Notes under the pieces: model-generated
What the model was told of the DNA's origin: nothing
Seen by the model: only the letters and a program-made list of their open reading frames with translations
Database searches by the model: none
Shown: positions 36,470 to 49,499 of the stretch, piece after piece
Layout: every line of letters begins with the position of its first letter
How positions within the stretch are numbered: the first letter of the stretch is position 1
Position numbers and translations under genes: made by a program
Assembly (NCBI GenBank): GCA_010909165.1
Contig: VJWM01000196.1
Coordinates: 1-64,000 of the forward strand
DNA: 64,000 nucleotides
Source: Anthoceros angustus
Taxonomy: Eukaryota; Plantae; Anthocerotophyta
Direction of reading: 5' to 3'

Positions 36470-39400
36470 ATGGACTTCCCTTGGGGGTAGGAATTGGTGG
36501 GGTTTGTTTTTTGGTAGGTTGGAATAGTAAAATAAGGCGGAGCAATGAGGAATAAGCCACGGATGGCGCTCGGGGTGGACTCGGGAGTATCGGACTCGGG
36601 AGTGGAGTAGCAACGGACCCGGTACCACTATGGCGAGACTCCGGGACCACGCCCGGTGTGCAGGATAAGTCAGGACCCCTCGGGTCAAAAGCAGGGATAG
36701 TCACTTGAAGTAACTTAGAAGTTGAGTCGTGAGGGCGAGACTAAGCGGCGCCACGTGGGCGCCACAGGTGGAGGCATCGGCCGAGTCGGGGTAGCCTTGC
36801 AGTTATAAGCGGTATTCACGCCCAGCGCAGCGGCGTGGCAGATGTAGCGGCGTAAGGCGAGTAAGCGGGCGTAAGGTCGAGTAAGCCATGCGAGACCTCG
36901 GCGATTCAGACGAGGCGCCTTCCTTGCCAGTTACTGCTAGCCAGCGGCCCGAGGAGGTCATTTCTGTGACCTCGAGACAATTCTACATGATCTCTTGCGC
37001 TCCGCAGCAGCTCTCTGGCGCTATCTCTTTGCGCTCGAGGCATCTTGGCAGGCTCGTCGAGGTTGGAGGCGTGAGCGGCGAGGCGCGCCGTGCAGCGGAC
37101 TCCGGCCGGCGGCTCGACGAAGGAAGAAGGCGATGGCACCCAAAAAGTGCGGAGGGAGCCATGGAACACAGTAGGCGCAACATTGTGACCGCTATCGGAC
37201 TTTGGGCCTGGTTTGGAGGCGGGAGGATTAGTCGAGTGGCATAGGCGTGTTCGGTATGCGGGCGTTTGATGTCACTCTGGTCCGGGTTCGCCGGAAGATG
37301 TTGGCGGCCAACAAGGAGGTTCGGTCCAAGAACCTCCGGGAGGATCTGAGCGATGGACCTTGGAGGTCTGAGGCGACCTACAACCGCCCAAAGGAGGAAG
37401 ATGGGGCGTGGTCCCAGGCCCCTCGGCGAGAAGGGAAGATGGGGCAGCGGCGGCGATCTTTGAGGCCGGGCATACGGCGGACAACCAGCGGTGGTTGTCT
37501 CGGACTGGCGGGCCCAGTAAGTGTAGCCGGATTATTGTCCATTGGACACCGCTCACCAGGTGGATCACCTTGGTGATAATTTCGGTGTTCTGCATGCGTT
37601 ACGGGGAAGAGGCGGGAGGGAAGGATTATCTTAGCGTTTGACAGGAGGCATGGTGAGGCGAAGCCCTCGCCATCTGGGCCCCATGCACGTCCATGTATGG
37701 GGACATTTAACTCTGAAGGAGAGATCATTTGGAGGCCTAGGAAGGCGGGCTGGGGGCGTGCGCCAAAGCGGACCGGGAGGAGGGGCGGAGAGGATTCAGG
37801 ACTCCGCACGTGGAGCGGACCCCCTCACCACCAGTATGGGAAGAAATCCCTTCCCTTCTCACTGCCTCCTCGGAGCAATCAGCCGGAGGAGGAGGAAGGA
37901 GGCGGGAGTTGGCGGTTCTGACTCCGTGTGACCCGGCAACGCAGTGAGCCCCGGACTCGGCGGGCAGCGCAAGGCAGGCGTCTGTGACACCTCACGGTGC
38001 TGTGCCCTTACCCCTTACGGGTAAAAGGTGAAGAGGAGGCGAGAAAGGACGCCCGCTCAAGGCGGAGGTCAGCGTGACCCCGCACCGGAGCAGTCCTGTC
38101 TCAAAGAAGGGGCAAAAGGGCTAGCTCCGGACCCCTCACCCCTCAGGAGCCCCGGGGCGAAGAGGCAAATAAAGCTGGCCAGAGGCCAAGGAGGAAGCTC
38201 AGCTCGGCCACACCGGGACCTGGTGTATTAGGTCCAGGAGAACCAGTCCGGACTTACTCCGGCTGGTATGGAGGTCCTTGGCGGACCGTGAAATGCCGCT
38301 CCCACGGACTTTGTGGGGGTCTCACGGTGGCGGCCGTGGAAGAAACAGGCGGGTCCACAGCTGGTCATGGGCGGTATGCTTTGGGTCTCTGGGGGCCGAG
38401 GAGGACCCGGAAGTAGAAGCCACCGGGCGTATGGTGCTCCTCGGGAGGCGGTTGGAAGTGGCCGGAGGCAGGAGAAGGCCGAAGCTCTCGGCCGCATCGA
38501 GAAGGAAGCGGGGAGGCCGAGAGGAAGTCGGGTCCATTCGGCAGGACGGACTAAATTCCTTGGTGGGTGGCGGTGAAACGAGCCTGAGAGGCCCAAACAC
38601 AGGCGGAAGACCTGCGGGCGGAGAGGGCGGGGGCGAAGGAGGCCGGGCGGAGAAGGCTCGTGACTGGCGGAGGCGGCGTGGACCGGGCGCCAAAGTGGGC
38701 GGCCGGTGGCAGCGGAGGCCGGAAGCAGCTGCTAACGATCGTGATCACTATCAGCGTGATCGGGGCCGGTGGAGGAGGCAGCGGGATAGGCGGCTAACCC
38801 GAAGAGGAGGCGGGCGGGCAGGCAGTCTGCGGGCCATGCCGAGGAGGAAGCCTGCGGCAAGGAGATGGAGGATCTCCGGTCTCGATTGCGTGGTGGAGTG
38901 GGCCTTGGCAGGAGATGGAAGACGCAAGGAGACCACAGGCTGCGGCTCAAGTTACCGATTAGAGAATGGTGTCTGCGGGCGTGATCGCGGATCACGAGCG
39001 AAATAAGCGGCTCGGCTCTGTTGGCAGACGGAGGAAAGGCGATGGAGCAGGGAGGCGGGGCGTCAAATGGAGAAGGACACAGGCGAGGCACTAATCGAGG
39101 CGGAGTTGCCCGGGTCGGAGAGGGAGATGGCGAGTTAGGCAGGAGAATGAAGCGGAGCGGGGTGCTAAGGGCCGAGAAAAGAAGGCTGCGCCGTCCAGTT
39201 AAGAAAGGCGGAAGAGGCTATGGTGGTAAGCGGAGGCGGGCGAAGGAGCAGCAGGGAGGAGGTGGCGTGTGATCAGCCAGCTCGGTGGCTGGGAGGTGGT
39301 CAACAAGACCGCCCGGCCCGGAACACCTATGGCGAAGGAGTGTCGGGGCTGCGTGGAAGAAGCAATTAATGAGTTGATTAGGACTTGCTCCTTAAGACAT

Positions 39401-40740
39401 TGGCGTGCACCTCCTGAATAGACCCTGGAAACTCGAGAAGGGATGAAGGGCATGGGGACAGGGACTCTAGTGGCCCCAGAGCGGCATTGGCGGGGAGGAA
39501 AGGCATCGAGGAGAGGCGGGGCGGCCAATAGCGAACCTCGAGGTAAGTCATTGCAACTTTGCTCGGGAAGATAGGCGGCAGCCTTGAAGGGGAGGCGGAA
39601 GGAGGCCAAAGCCACCCAAGGACAAGGAGTCGGTGGGAAGGATGAGGACCTAGCAGAGGTCCGCGGATTAAAGTCCGAGCTTGGGGACCCGGACCGGTAA
39701 AGTTCGGACACAGGTCCAGACCCGAAGATGAGGCCGGACCAGTGAGGCCGGACTCGGCGGACTCCAAGTTAGACTCGGGTCGAGGCCAGGACCTGGTCGG
39801 GACTCGAGGAGTCCCCTCGCAAACTTTCTGGCTGGAGCGGGAGCGCGTCAGTGGCCTCGGAGGGACCCACTTGGGGGGGGAGCAGCGTTGTAGTGCAGTG
39901 CGTCGAGGCCTTGACTTTAGCCAACCGGCGGGTTAGGAAGGAAGGGTCGCCTGGCGGATCATCCGATTAGGTGCGCCTGTCGAGGCCGGAGATTGGACCA
40001 CCAATCCCAGTGGGGGCAGGGCCTTCGGCATTTACGCCGTGAAGAAGAGGAGGAATAGGATATGGTAGGCTGGTGAAAGGGCGGTAGCCACCGGCTATAA
40101 TAAAGGTGTCGCGCCCGACCTTGGCGTAGTATAAGAAGTGAGCAGCTCTAAGTAAAGTATCTTTCTCTTGGTGTTGATACGCGTTTCTTGCGGACCCTGT
40201 CGCTACTTGCTAACGTGAGTCACGAGTCGCGGCGAGCAGCGGCCGGAGGCCCAGATCAAGGTTACCGGTGACGGACCCTAACGTGTGGTGGTGTGCGGGG
40301 AAGGTGGCGGGGACCCGTGTTCGTCCAGGCAGTGGCCCGTCGAGCGGGCCGGGCGTGTGAGCGGAGGAACTCGGGAGGCGTGTAGAACCGGACGGAGAGA
40401 GGCACGAGCAGCGGAGGAGGTCCGTGTAGCCCGCGTTTTTCCCTAAGGTTGATAGTGTAGTGAGTGGAAAACGGACTAGAGGTGCAGTAGCGAGCGTGAG
40501 CAACGGGGCGGTCCCTAAGCGTTTGGCACACCGGGCTGTGCGGTGAAACGTTGCGAGGCAGTTAGATGCGGGCGAATAGATGGTCGTTGAGTGCGAGCGG
40601 ACGAAGTGAAGTAAGAATAAATGCGAAGCACGACAAGCAGACCTATCATTCCCTTTGAGACGGACTTCTTCCTACAACGACGACCTTGTGCTGGCGCCTA
40701 CCGCCGCGTGAAAAGTCGGCCACAGAGGACATTGGGTCCT
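36470..40740 (+). mobile_element. Family X copy, inverted relative to the others; long degenerate ORF on +
   Basis: Reverse complement of 43680-48130 and 52680-57195. Shared blocks include KMLAANKEVRSKNLRED, IVHWTPLTRWITLV, a coiled-coil region and CCCTAACGTGTGGTGGTGTG. Confidence 0.75.
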
Positions 40741-40749
40741 CACGATGAT

Positions 40750-42620
40750 GATGTGGAAGGGTACCAGCAGTGCACCGAGGCCCTACTGATTCGATAAGGG
40801 CCATAAGTGACATGGACTAGAATGCGGGGAATGGGAGGCGAAAGCGCGCCAAGAATGGGAGATGGCGGAGAGGAAGGAGGGAGGGCAGGTCCCACCTCCC
40901 AGGGGGGTCACCACCACAGGTGACGACTTACCCACCATGCAGTAGTGCAGGACTACGTGGTGGGAATAAACCCCTCATGGGTGATGCCGCCGGACCACCT
41001 AGTAGAACCTGCCAGTGCGGACTGTTGGGAGTCGGGCGAGGCTGGCGAATGAGGGGGTGAGTCCCAGCATACCCCAAGAGGAGGTGGGGGTGAGACAACT
41101 CCCAGGAGGAGGAGCGAGTCCGATCCACCCACAAAGAAGAAGGAGGGGCGAGAAGTTCCCTTCCTCCACGAGCAAGAGAAGGGCCTGAGCCAGGAGAGGA
41201 GACCAATGCGAAGAGGGCCCAGAGGAATTAGCGAGGTGACAAATGATCAACAAATGGAGGGGGGGAGAGGAACCTTTTAAGATATGCTCCATGATAGGTA
41301 TGGACATAACAAACAACAGGAAAGGAGCAAAAAGGATCTCGACCCCAGGGGCCATCACCAAGGAGGAAGAAGAAGGAAGAAGGGAGACTACCAGTGGTAG
41401 ATCCGGCCTACCATTAGTCCGCAGTTCACCGTGGTAGGTGATGAAGCGGGCGCCACCGGTGGGAGGCTGGAAAGGAAAAGATTTGGCGCTGGAGGCGCAT
41501 TAACGGGGACCAGGAGGAAGGTCGGGCGCCGCCCAGCGGACTTGAAGGGGCAAGATTATGCCCCACACATTAGGAAGATGACAAAGGCTGGGGAGGGGCA
41601 AGGCAGGGAGGGCTAATCCACTGGCGATCTATCCAAGGCCAAAGTAGGTGAAGATCGGATATGGTCAAAGACCATAAATGAACTAGGAGAGAATAGGAAG
41701 GATAGGAGAGATAGGCTGACATCCTTTAAGGATGATCTTGGGTGAAATTACTAGAATAGAATTTACCCAGAACCAGACAGTAGACTTAGGTGCCAGGCAT
41801 TAAATGCTGGCGGTAGGAAACAATAGAAAATTGGAAAAGGTGACCTGCAGTAGGGTCACTCAGGGGAGGTTGTATGTGGAAGGCCTCCTATAAAAGGAGG
41901 AGGATTTCACAAAGTAAAGTATCTCTTGCGCTTCCACCCTCATCGAGTCCTTTGCCATTACGGAATTTCGTGGCTTCAATCGTGAGCCAACGCAGTGGTA
42001 GAGAGGAAATCTGTGGTCGAGTGCTTGGTGGAGGACTTGCTCCTTGCAAGTGCCAAACGAGTTGCTCCCCTTGAATGGTTGTTGTGAAATTGCTTTGCTT
42101 TGGGTGTGGGGCTAGAACACTGGGAGACCGAGGCCACAGGAAAGACTCTGGTGGCGCTCGGCAGATGGTGTCAAACTCACAAAGAACTGCCCAAGGAAGA
42201 ACTTGTCGGTGGGCCCAGGCCAGTGTAAGGGCTAGCTCTAAAGGCGGTCGAAACGATAAGAAGTTAGAAATAGGAGGAAGAGGATGAGGAGATGAGAAGA
42301 TGAGTAGAGGATTAGAGGTGTAGGTGTTGGTGGAAGGCCACAGTGACCTAAGGGACGAAATCCCAACTGCAAGTAAAAGAGCTCCACGATGGAGAAGAGT
42401 GGCCTTAAGTAGGGACAGTCATGGTGTGGATCGGGGGTCCCGTGGTAGGCTCCTTGTCGCCGGACACACTGGCCCTTGTGTCGTTGTAGGTCGGACGCGA
42501 TTTTCCGGAGGCAAGTGGTGCATTTAACAGAGGGAGAGTAGAGGGCACCTTGCTAGATATAGAAGGTCGAGAAATTGTGCCTCTCAGTAGCGATCTTGTC
42601 ACGGACCTCGAATTTTCACA
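40750..42620 (-). mobile_element. Degenerate L1 LINE 5' part (ORF1 remnant and APE endonuclease)
   Basis: Minus-strand remnants of APE motifs in the correct order: NVWGI, GNFS (GDFN), RTGRFY (RIDRFY), SPVVVT (SDH.PV). A Cys-containing ORF1 tail lies near 42480-42530. Confidence 0.55.
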
Positions 42621-43329
42621 CAAGTCTCACGGGACAAACCCATTTGCGAAGCGGTGGGATAAGTGTGGCGCTTATAGTGGGGAGGACCTCGAGTGACCCG
42701 GTTTTCCTACCACAATGCTCAATGTCCCCACCGCCGACAAACGAGCCTCATCTGCATGTTCCATCACTGTGGGCGGTCCCATGTGCACATGTGACGCTGT
42801 CCCATTCCTGCCCCCAGCCCTCACCACTAGCTTCCAACTCCACTTCTCCCGATTGCGTGTAACATCCATCGCTATCATTCCCTCAACTTCATGCGACTCA
42901 TAGGGTGCCATCCAGCACTTTCCTCCACTTTCGAGCGTTTAAAAGGCGATTACGATTGCCGAGTATATACACACAAAGGCTGTCATTCTCTCCGTATGTA
43001 GGCAACCTCCCACGTAAGCTCCACTCCACTTGACTCTTCATGTTGTAGCATGGTCACTCACGGGCGCATATGCCTATCTCGATGGTCGCACGCCGCAGAC
43101 CAGTTGCAATCCACCGGGTCTTCGCGACTGCATCCACACCGCACCACAATCTGCACCATGCCGTGCGCTTCTTTGGCGCTGGCTCCAAGACCTCAGGCCC
43201 CATGCGGTGTTTATGCAGGCATGATGCGGCTCGCCCATCGAGGCACCTTGAGCTCCCACCTCCAACTCCAAACTCAGGTACGTGGGCCACAATGTCTGTC
43301 TTCCATAGCAAATAACAAAATGAATCTTT

Positions 43330-46300
43330 GTGCATTATGACGATCCAACTCAAACCCTCCAATACCATGAGTACCCATTTCCTGACCAAAGATCGTGCCA
43401 TACATGTTTCTCGGGCCTCCCTACTACGTGTGCTCAGACGCTTCCTCACACGCGCGAGCCAGTCGCTGGAGGGATTTGCCGGTCTCTCCCACTCCCACAC
43501 CGACTTGACTCGGTCCGAGTTTCCGAAGCCTGGGCGAGCCACCGGCTACGGCCCATCGGCTTCCTCAGCGCCACCACCCGGGTCGCGCAGATCCTGGGCC
43601 AACGATCCTCTTCCGCATGGAGCGCCTTTTCCGCCCATGAGATCGACTACCAGCGCGACTTACCGGGACGGCCAGCCGGGCGTGCACAATCCCGTGTCGT
43701 GGTAGCAAGGGGTCCGTTCCCAAGAGAATGATAGGCTCTGTTTGGCACGTTTTCAACCGATTCTCACCCCAACATCACACCGTTCCGAACTCGGAGCGGC
43801 GTGCAGGTTCGACTAACTACTCTTAACGTTCACCCAGTCTTGTGGCCGGTGTAAAGCGTTTAAGGACTTCGTTAAGCGTCCGTACCGCTATCGATCCGTT
43901 CCTTTCCGTCTAGTCCGCTTCTTCTCACCACTCTCAATACCTCCATCGCTCTTGGGAAAAGAGTGGGTGGGCATGGTTCGACCTCCTCCGCTGTTCGCCG
44001 GGGCCTCTTCGTCGAGCTCACCTTCGAGTTCCCAGCTCATGCGTTCGGTCCGTCCAACGTCGGGCGCCTCTGGACGCAGCAAGGGTCTGATCGCCCACTC
44101 CACACACCACCACACGTTAGGGTCCGTCACCGGGACCTTGATCGCTCTCCAGCGCCGTATTCGATGACTCGGGACTCACGTTAGCAAAGCGCACAAGGGT
44201 CTACAAGGAAGCCCAGTATCCACCCCAAGAGAAAGATGCTTTACTAGAGAGCTCCGCCCTCTTATACTATGCCCAAAACGTCTTTATTACACTCCTATTA
44301 CGATGGTGGCCATTTGTGCCTAATCGACCGCCTACTATCTTCCCTCTCCCGCTATCTAAAATCGTCGGCGGTGGGCTGGGAGTGCCCTTGGTTCGCCTCG
44401 GCGCCCGATGAATTCCACACCCGATGGTTGCGGGCGCAATGGGATGATCCGGCGGGACCCCTTCCCCTTCCGAGACCACAGCCGGTTGGGCTCACCGTGG
44501 CGGACGACGGCCAGCGGTAACCACCACATCCTCCTCTCACGCCGTGGGTCCCACCTGTGGGACCACCGGTGGCGCTCGCACGAGCCGGGTGGTGACTCCC
44601 TCTCCTCCCGAGTGGGACCTGGGTCGGTCTCGACTCCGAGGAAGATCTCAGGATCGGCCTTCAGTCGGACCTCGGGGTCAGTCTCCTCTCGGGGTTTCGG
44701 ACCTCGGTCCGAACTTCACAAAGTCGACCTCAAGTCCGGACTTCCGGTTTTCGACTGGGGTCCATTCCACTCAGGACCCCCCTCTGCTGGTCCTGGTCCT
44801 CCCCACCTCCACCCCAGGGGCCCTCGTCCCTTCTCCCGGAGGGTTGCGTGGCCTTACCTCACTGCCATCGGGCGCGTTGCTCCTCCACAGGCTCCTCTCC
44901 TTGCGTCGTCCCAAACAACGCCACAAGGCCCCGGTGCTATCCCCCTCCTTCACTTCCTCCTTGATCCTCAGTCCGTCCACTTATAGAGGTGGCGAAACCT
45001 CAAAGCCTTGAGGAGTTCAGGCGTGGTAAGGCAAAGTCCGAGTCGACTTGGATTGCCTCTTCCACATGCGCCCGGAGCTGCATCTCACTCCATGAGGTGC
45101 TCCGTCTTGCCGAGGCTGGGCCCGTCTCCGCCGCCCATCGCCCGGTTAGCCGGGCGGAATCTCGTGAGGCCACGAGGAAGCCTCCATCACTTCTGCACGG
45201 CGCGCTTCGCTCCGGCTCGCCGTTTCCGCACCTCCGACTTCACCGCCATACGCGGCGCTCCCCCTCCGCTTCCTCAAGCGGGACCCAGCTTCTTTTGTCA
45301 GGCCTTGCTCCTCCATTCATCACGGCTGAGCTCACCATCTCCCTTCCCGAGGTGGTCCGGCAACTCCATTTCCTTGGTCAGTCCTTCTCCATTTGGCGTC
45401 TGCTCCTTGTTCCATCGCCTCACCTCCTCGCCCTCCAGCAGTGAGTCGCTCTATCTCGCCGGTGATCAGCGATCACGCCCGAAGAAGCCCGTTCCGCTCA
45501 ATTGTGTCTTGGCTAGCTCCAAGGTCTCCTTAGATCCTCCATCTCCTGCCGTTCCTCCTCCATGGCCGGCCAGGAGATCCTCCATCTCCATGTTGCTGGC
45601 CTCCTTCTCTTCTGCCACGGTAGTCCTTCACGCCACCTGCCGCCTTCGGGTTAGCCGCATTTGTTCTGTCTCCCTCCACCGGTTCGATCTGGTAATGGTG
45701 ATCGGTCGGTCTTAGGCTTCCCTCCGCGCCCCTTCACAGCCTCCCGGGCTTGGTGTTGCTCTGTGAGCCGCCTCGGCGGTCTCGAGCTCCTCTTTGTCTT
45801 GGGCTTCCTCCAACTCCCCCTGCGCCGCCTCTCGCCGTCTGCAGAGGTCCTCTGCCCGGGCTTGGGCCTCTGCGCTTTGCTTGGTGTTGCATGAAGGACC
45901 TTGGGTCTTCTTTGAGCAGACCGGACCTCAGCTCCCTTCCGGCGCTTTCCCTCTTCGATTTGGGCGAGGGACTCCGCCTTCTTCTTGGCAGCTTGGGCCT
46001 CTCACAGGAGGCACCATCGCCTCGGTGGCCTCCACTTCACAGGTCTTCTCTGAGTCCCAAGAGACCCCAAAAACATAAGTCCATGGCGGTTGCCAAAACC
46101 TGTGTCTCTTCCACGAGCTGGAGGCACCCAGAAGTCCGTCGTGGGTGCGGGCATCTCCGTCCGTTAACGGGGCCATGACCGGAGGGAGTCGGGACTTGGC
46201 TCTCCGGACGATCGGACCCTCGGTGCCACTGTCGGTCCTTCCACCTCCTTGGCCCGTTTGGCCGCTAACTCCTTCTCCGCCCGCCTTCGTTTGGGGCTCG

Positions 46301-48135
46301 GAGGTGGTGAGGTCCGGAGCTGCGCGTTTCCCCGCTTCATCGGAGGCAGGGGCGCTCCGGTGTGTTGCGCGGTGGCCCCACGCCTTGGGCGGCGTCCGCT
46401 CCGCTCTTCTTGGCCTCCGCCTCCACTCTGTGGGTAAGGCGGAGGGCCGATGCGCTCACTTGGCGCTTCATTGGTGGGAGCCGTTTTCCGCCTCTTGACG
46501 ACTCTCCTCGTCCGGTGGCTCTTTCTTTGTGTGGTGGGTTCTTTGGTGGTGGGCGTCTGATGACTCCCTCCGTGAGGTGCTCCGTCGGTAGCGGGACCTC
46601 GCTTGGAACGGAAGGAGGGAGGCAGGAATATCCTCCCATACCTCCCGGGGCGGCGAGGGGGTCCGTTCCAGTCGAATGGAATCCGGGATCCCTTCCCAAT
46701 CGTCCTCCTCCCGGCCCGTTTGGCCTTGGGAGGTCGGACCTCCGCCTCGGCCGCCTCCTTCCGCTCCGCCTGCAGGTAGGGCCGCCCGGCCCCGGGCGCT
46801 CCTCCTCTCCCTCCTTGGAGGTTGAGGTGTCCCATACATGGATGAGGAAGGGGCGAGTCTTGTGGTGGCTTCTCACTCCGTAGCTTCACGGCCTCTGGTT
46901 GATCCAGGCGAAGATGTACGCCCCGGTCGGCCCTTTTCCCGGCATGGGGTGTGCGAACACCAAAGATTGTCACCAAGGTGATCCACCTTGGTGAGCATTC
47001 AATGGACAATGACCTTTGGCCACTTCCCTCACCCTATCCGGTGGTCCGACTTCAAGCCGTTGACGCCGTTGCGTCCCGACCTCGGCATTGCCGCCTTCCA
47101 CCTTCCCCTCACCTTGAGGGCTCCGGGACTCGCCCCAATTTCTTCCATCGGGCGGTTGTAAACGCCTCGGGACCTCCACGGTCCACCTCACAGGAGTCCT
47201 CCCTCAAGCTCTTGGGCGAACCTCCTTGTTGGCGGCCAGCATCTTCTGGCGTACTCTCGGGCCGGCGGCCATCAAACGTCGAGACAGCTGAAGATATCCA
47301 AGTGCCATTGCTCCACGAGCTCCTCACTTCCTCCGGGCCCGAGTCGAGGTATCTCTTGGTAGCGATGTTGCGCTCCACCAAGCGCGGGCTCCCACCTCCG
47401 CCTTCTTGGGTCCCATTGGTGCTTCTCGCTCATGTTGGAAATTGTCTCGATACTCCCTTGCCTCGTCGCGTTGGCCGCTCCCACGAGGTGAGCGGCAGCG
47501 CGCGAAAACTGGCGCTCGAAAGACAATGCCGGTAGCCGGGTGCGCGAGGCCTTGCGCCGGCGAGGTCACGAGGAAGAATGGCCTTCCCTCAAACTGCGGC
47601 GTCGAGGAGCATTTGGGCGGTGAGGTGTCCCGTTTCGTGGCAGCGTCGGGCACGCATGGCTTACTCCCAACTTACGCGCCTCCGCTTACCGGCCCGCCAC
47701 ATACTCTAGCTTTGCGCCGCGCGTGCCTCTGTGCTCACGCCAGCGTGCTCTAACCTTATTTGGTAGCTGTGCAGGAGGCGTGAACATTCACCCTATCCGC
47801 GCAACCTACGGTCTGATGCTGCGTTCACCTCTCAGAGCCAAGTCCACAGCCCCGTCGCCTAAATACGCCTCCCACCTAGTTACTTTACTATGGCGCATTT
47901 ATCCCGTGCCTCCGCCCAGTGGTAGAGATTTAGTCCGCGTGCACTACCCGAGTGCAACGTATCCACCCGAGTGTAGTCAGAAGCATCTGAAAAGATGCGG
48001 TCCGGAGTCTTTCCTCACTACTCGGCGTAACCGGTCCTATACTCTTTCCTTATTTCTTCCTAGCCTTATTTCCTACTCCACGCCCACGAAAAAAAAAACC
48101 AAACCTAGCTCATTTCACCTACCAGTGGAGAGTCA
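43330..48135 (-). mobile_element. Family X copy; long degenerate ORF on -, short convergent ORF end on +
   Basis: Colinear with 52680-57195. Ends CCACGAAAAAAAAAACCAAACC...GGAGAGTC. Left boundary uncertain. Confidence 0.75.
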
Positions 48136-49499
48136 AGCAAGGCCCACAATGGCTAGGCTGTAGCCTTCGACGGACAGTAAGCCCAAAATCCGCTCAAGCA
48201 CCACATCGCATGCAAGCTCTCGGCCACTTGAACATTGCTGTCATGCCGCATCATATTGCTTGCCGCCGCCTTCCTCCACTTGTTGATTGAGTTGTGTCGA
48301 TGCGGCCGGGCGCGCATCTGCACCTCGCCCGCCTGCCGGGATCGTCGTCTGGCACGACGTCCACTTGCCCACGCCTCCCAAGCGCCCAGCAAATCAATGG
48401 ATCATACCCGCAACACACAGCCTTGCTGAAACCACACATCACGCCCGACCACTGCTTACATTTCCTGCTTTGAGGCCACATAGCCCGATCGTGCACTGCC
48501 GCTCGTTGTGGGCGGCATGGCTCACGCCTTCTGGAGCCGCCCAACAAGCATGGCCGTGGGCAATGGAGAACGCCGGGTCCGTGCAATCCACCTCGCAATC
48601 AACGGTTTGAGAATTCATGGTGGCAAACTCGAATCGACGCGCCGCACGGGCTGACCACCTCCTTGTGCACATCCACAGCGATCGACGTCCAAAACGCCTC
48701 CTCCCATGGTGGGTGCGCCAAACGCCTCCTCCCATGGTGGGTGCTACCGCGGCCAGCAGGCTGCCACTCCACCTTCCGTTCGGACGACTGCAACGGGATG
48801 TCCATGGCGTCCCCCCACCCCTCCCCTCCTCTTTCGTCGCGATTGCTCCCTTCCTGCGCGCCCATGCCGGCCGCACCTCCTCCTCCACCACCTCCCCGTT
48901 TCGAACGCACCATCATGGCAAGCATTCAATGTGCACGGAATCATAGGTCCACTGCCGTACCGGATCGTCACGAGATCCCCCGCGGCATCGCCTTTACGCC
49001 GCCTCCTCCCATCGCACATTCCGCATCTGTCCGCAAACGCTACAGGCATATGCCAACATGTGGAGTCACCGCACCCTTCCATCCCAGTGCGGGTGCAATG
49101 TGATCGATGCAGCTACGGACTACTCGGCCACAGCGTGCATTTTCAACAAACATTGAGATGTGCCGCCGCACGCGCACCTTACAAGCGCAACAGCGGCGGT
49201 TGCACCCTCTTGGGCGACCGTCGCCGCATCTGCGAAGCCGTCGCCCTCGCAACCCCTTGCGGGAATCGATACATCGCCCGCAGTTCCAACGAATTACATG
49301 AACACTGCATGACGGAACCTATGGTATCTATGCTTCTCAGTGATTCGTTGGACGTAAAAGACATCGGCGTGCTCGCACCATCACGCCATTCCCAACCGCA
49401 ACCACCATTACAATTTTATGCCTTCCGCGGCCGGCGCAGTTCACCTTCCGCCTCGCACTTGCATCCCCAAATGCGCCATAACATGGTTCTCCGTCTGCC

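Noticed and set aside
44100-44125. TTAGGG in family X as a telomeric repeat or telomere-targeting signal
   Set aside because: There is only one hexamer per motif and no tandem telomeric array.
44150-44230. Hammerhead ribozyme or Penelope-like terminal repeat in the family X spacer
   Set aside because: No CUGANGA...GAAA core with pairing stems could be identified, and there is no GIY-YIG or PLE RT.
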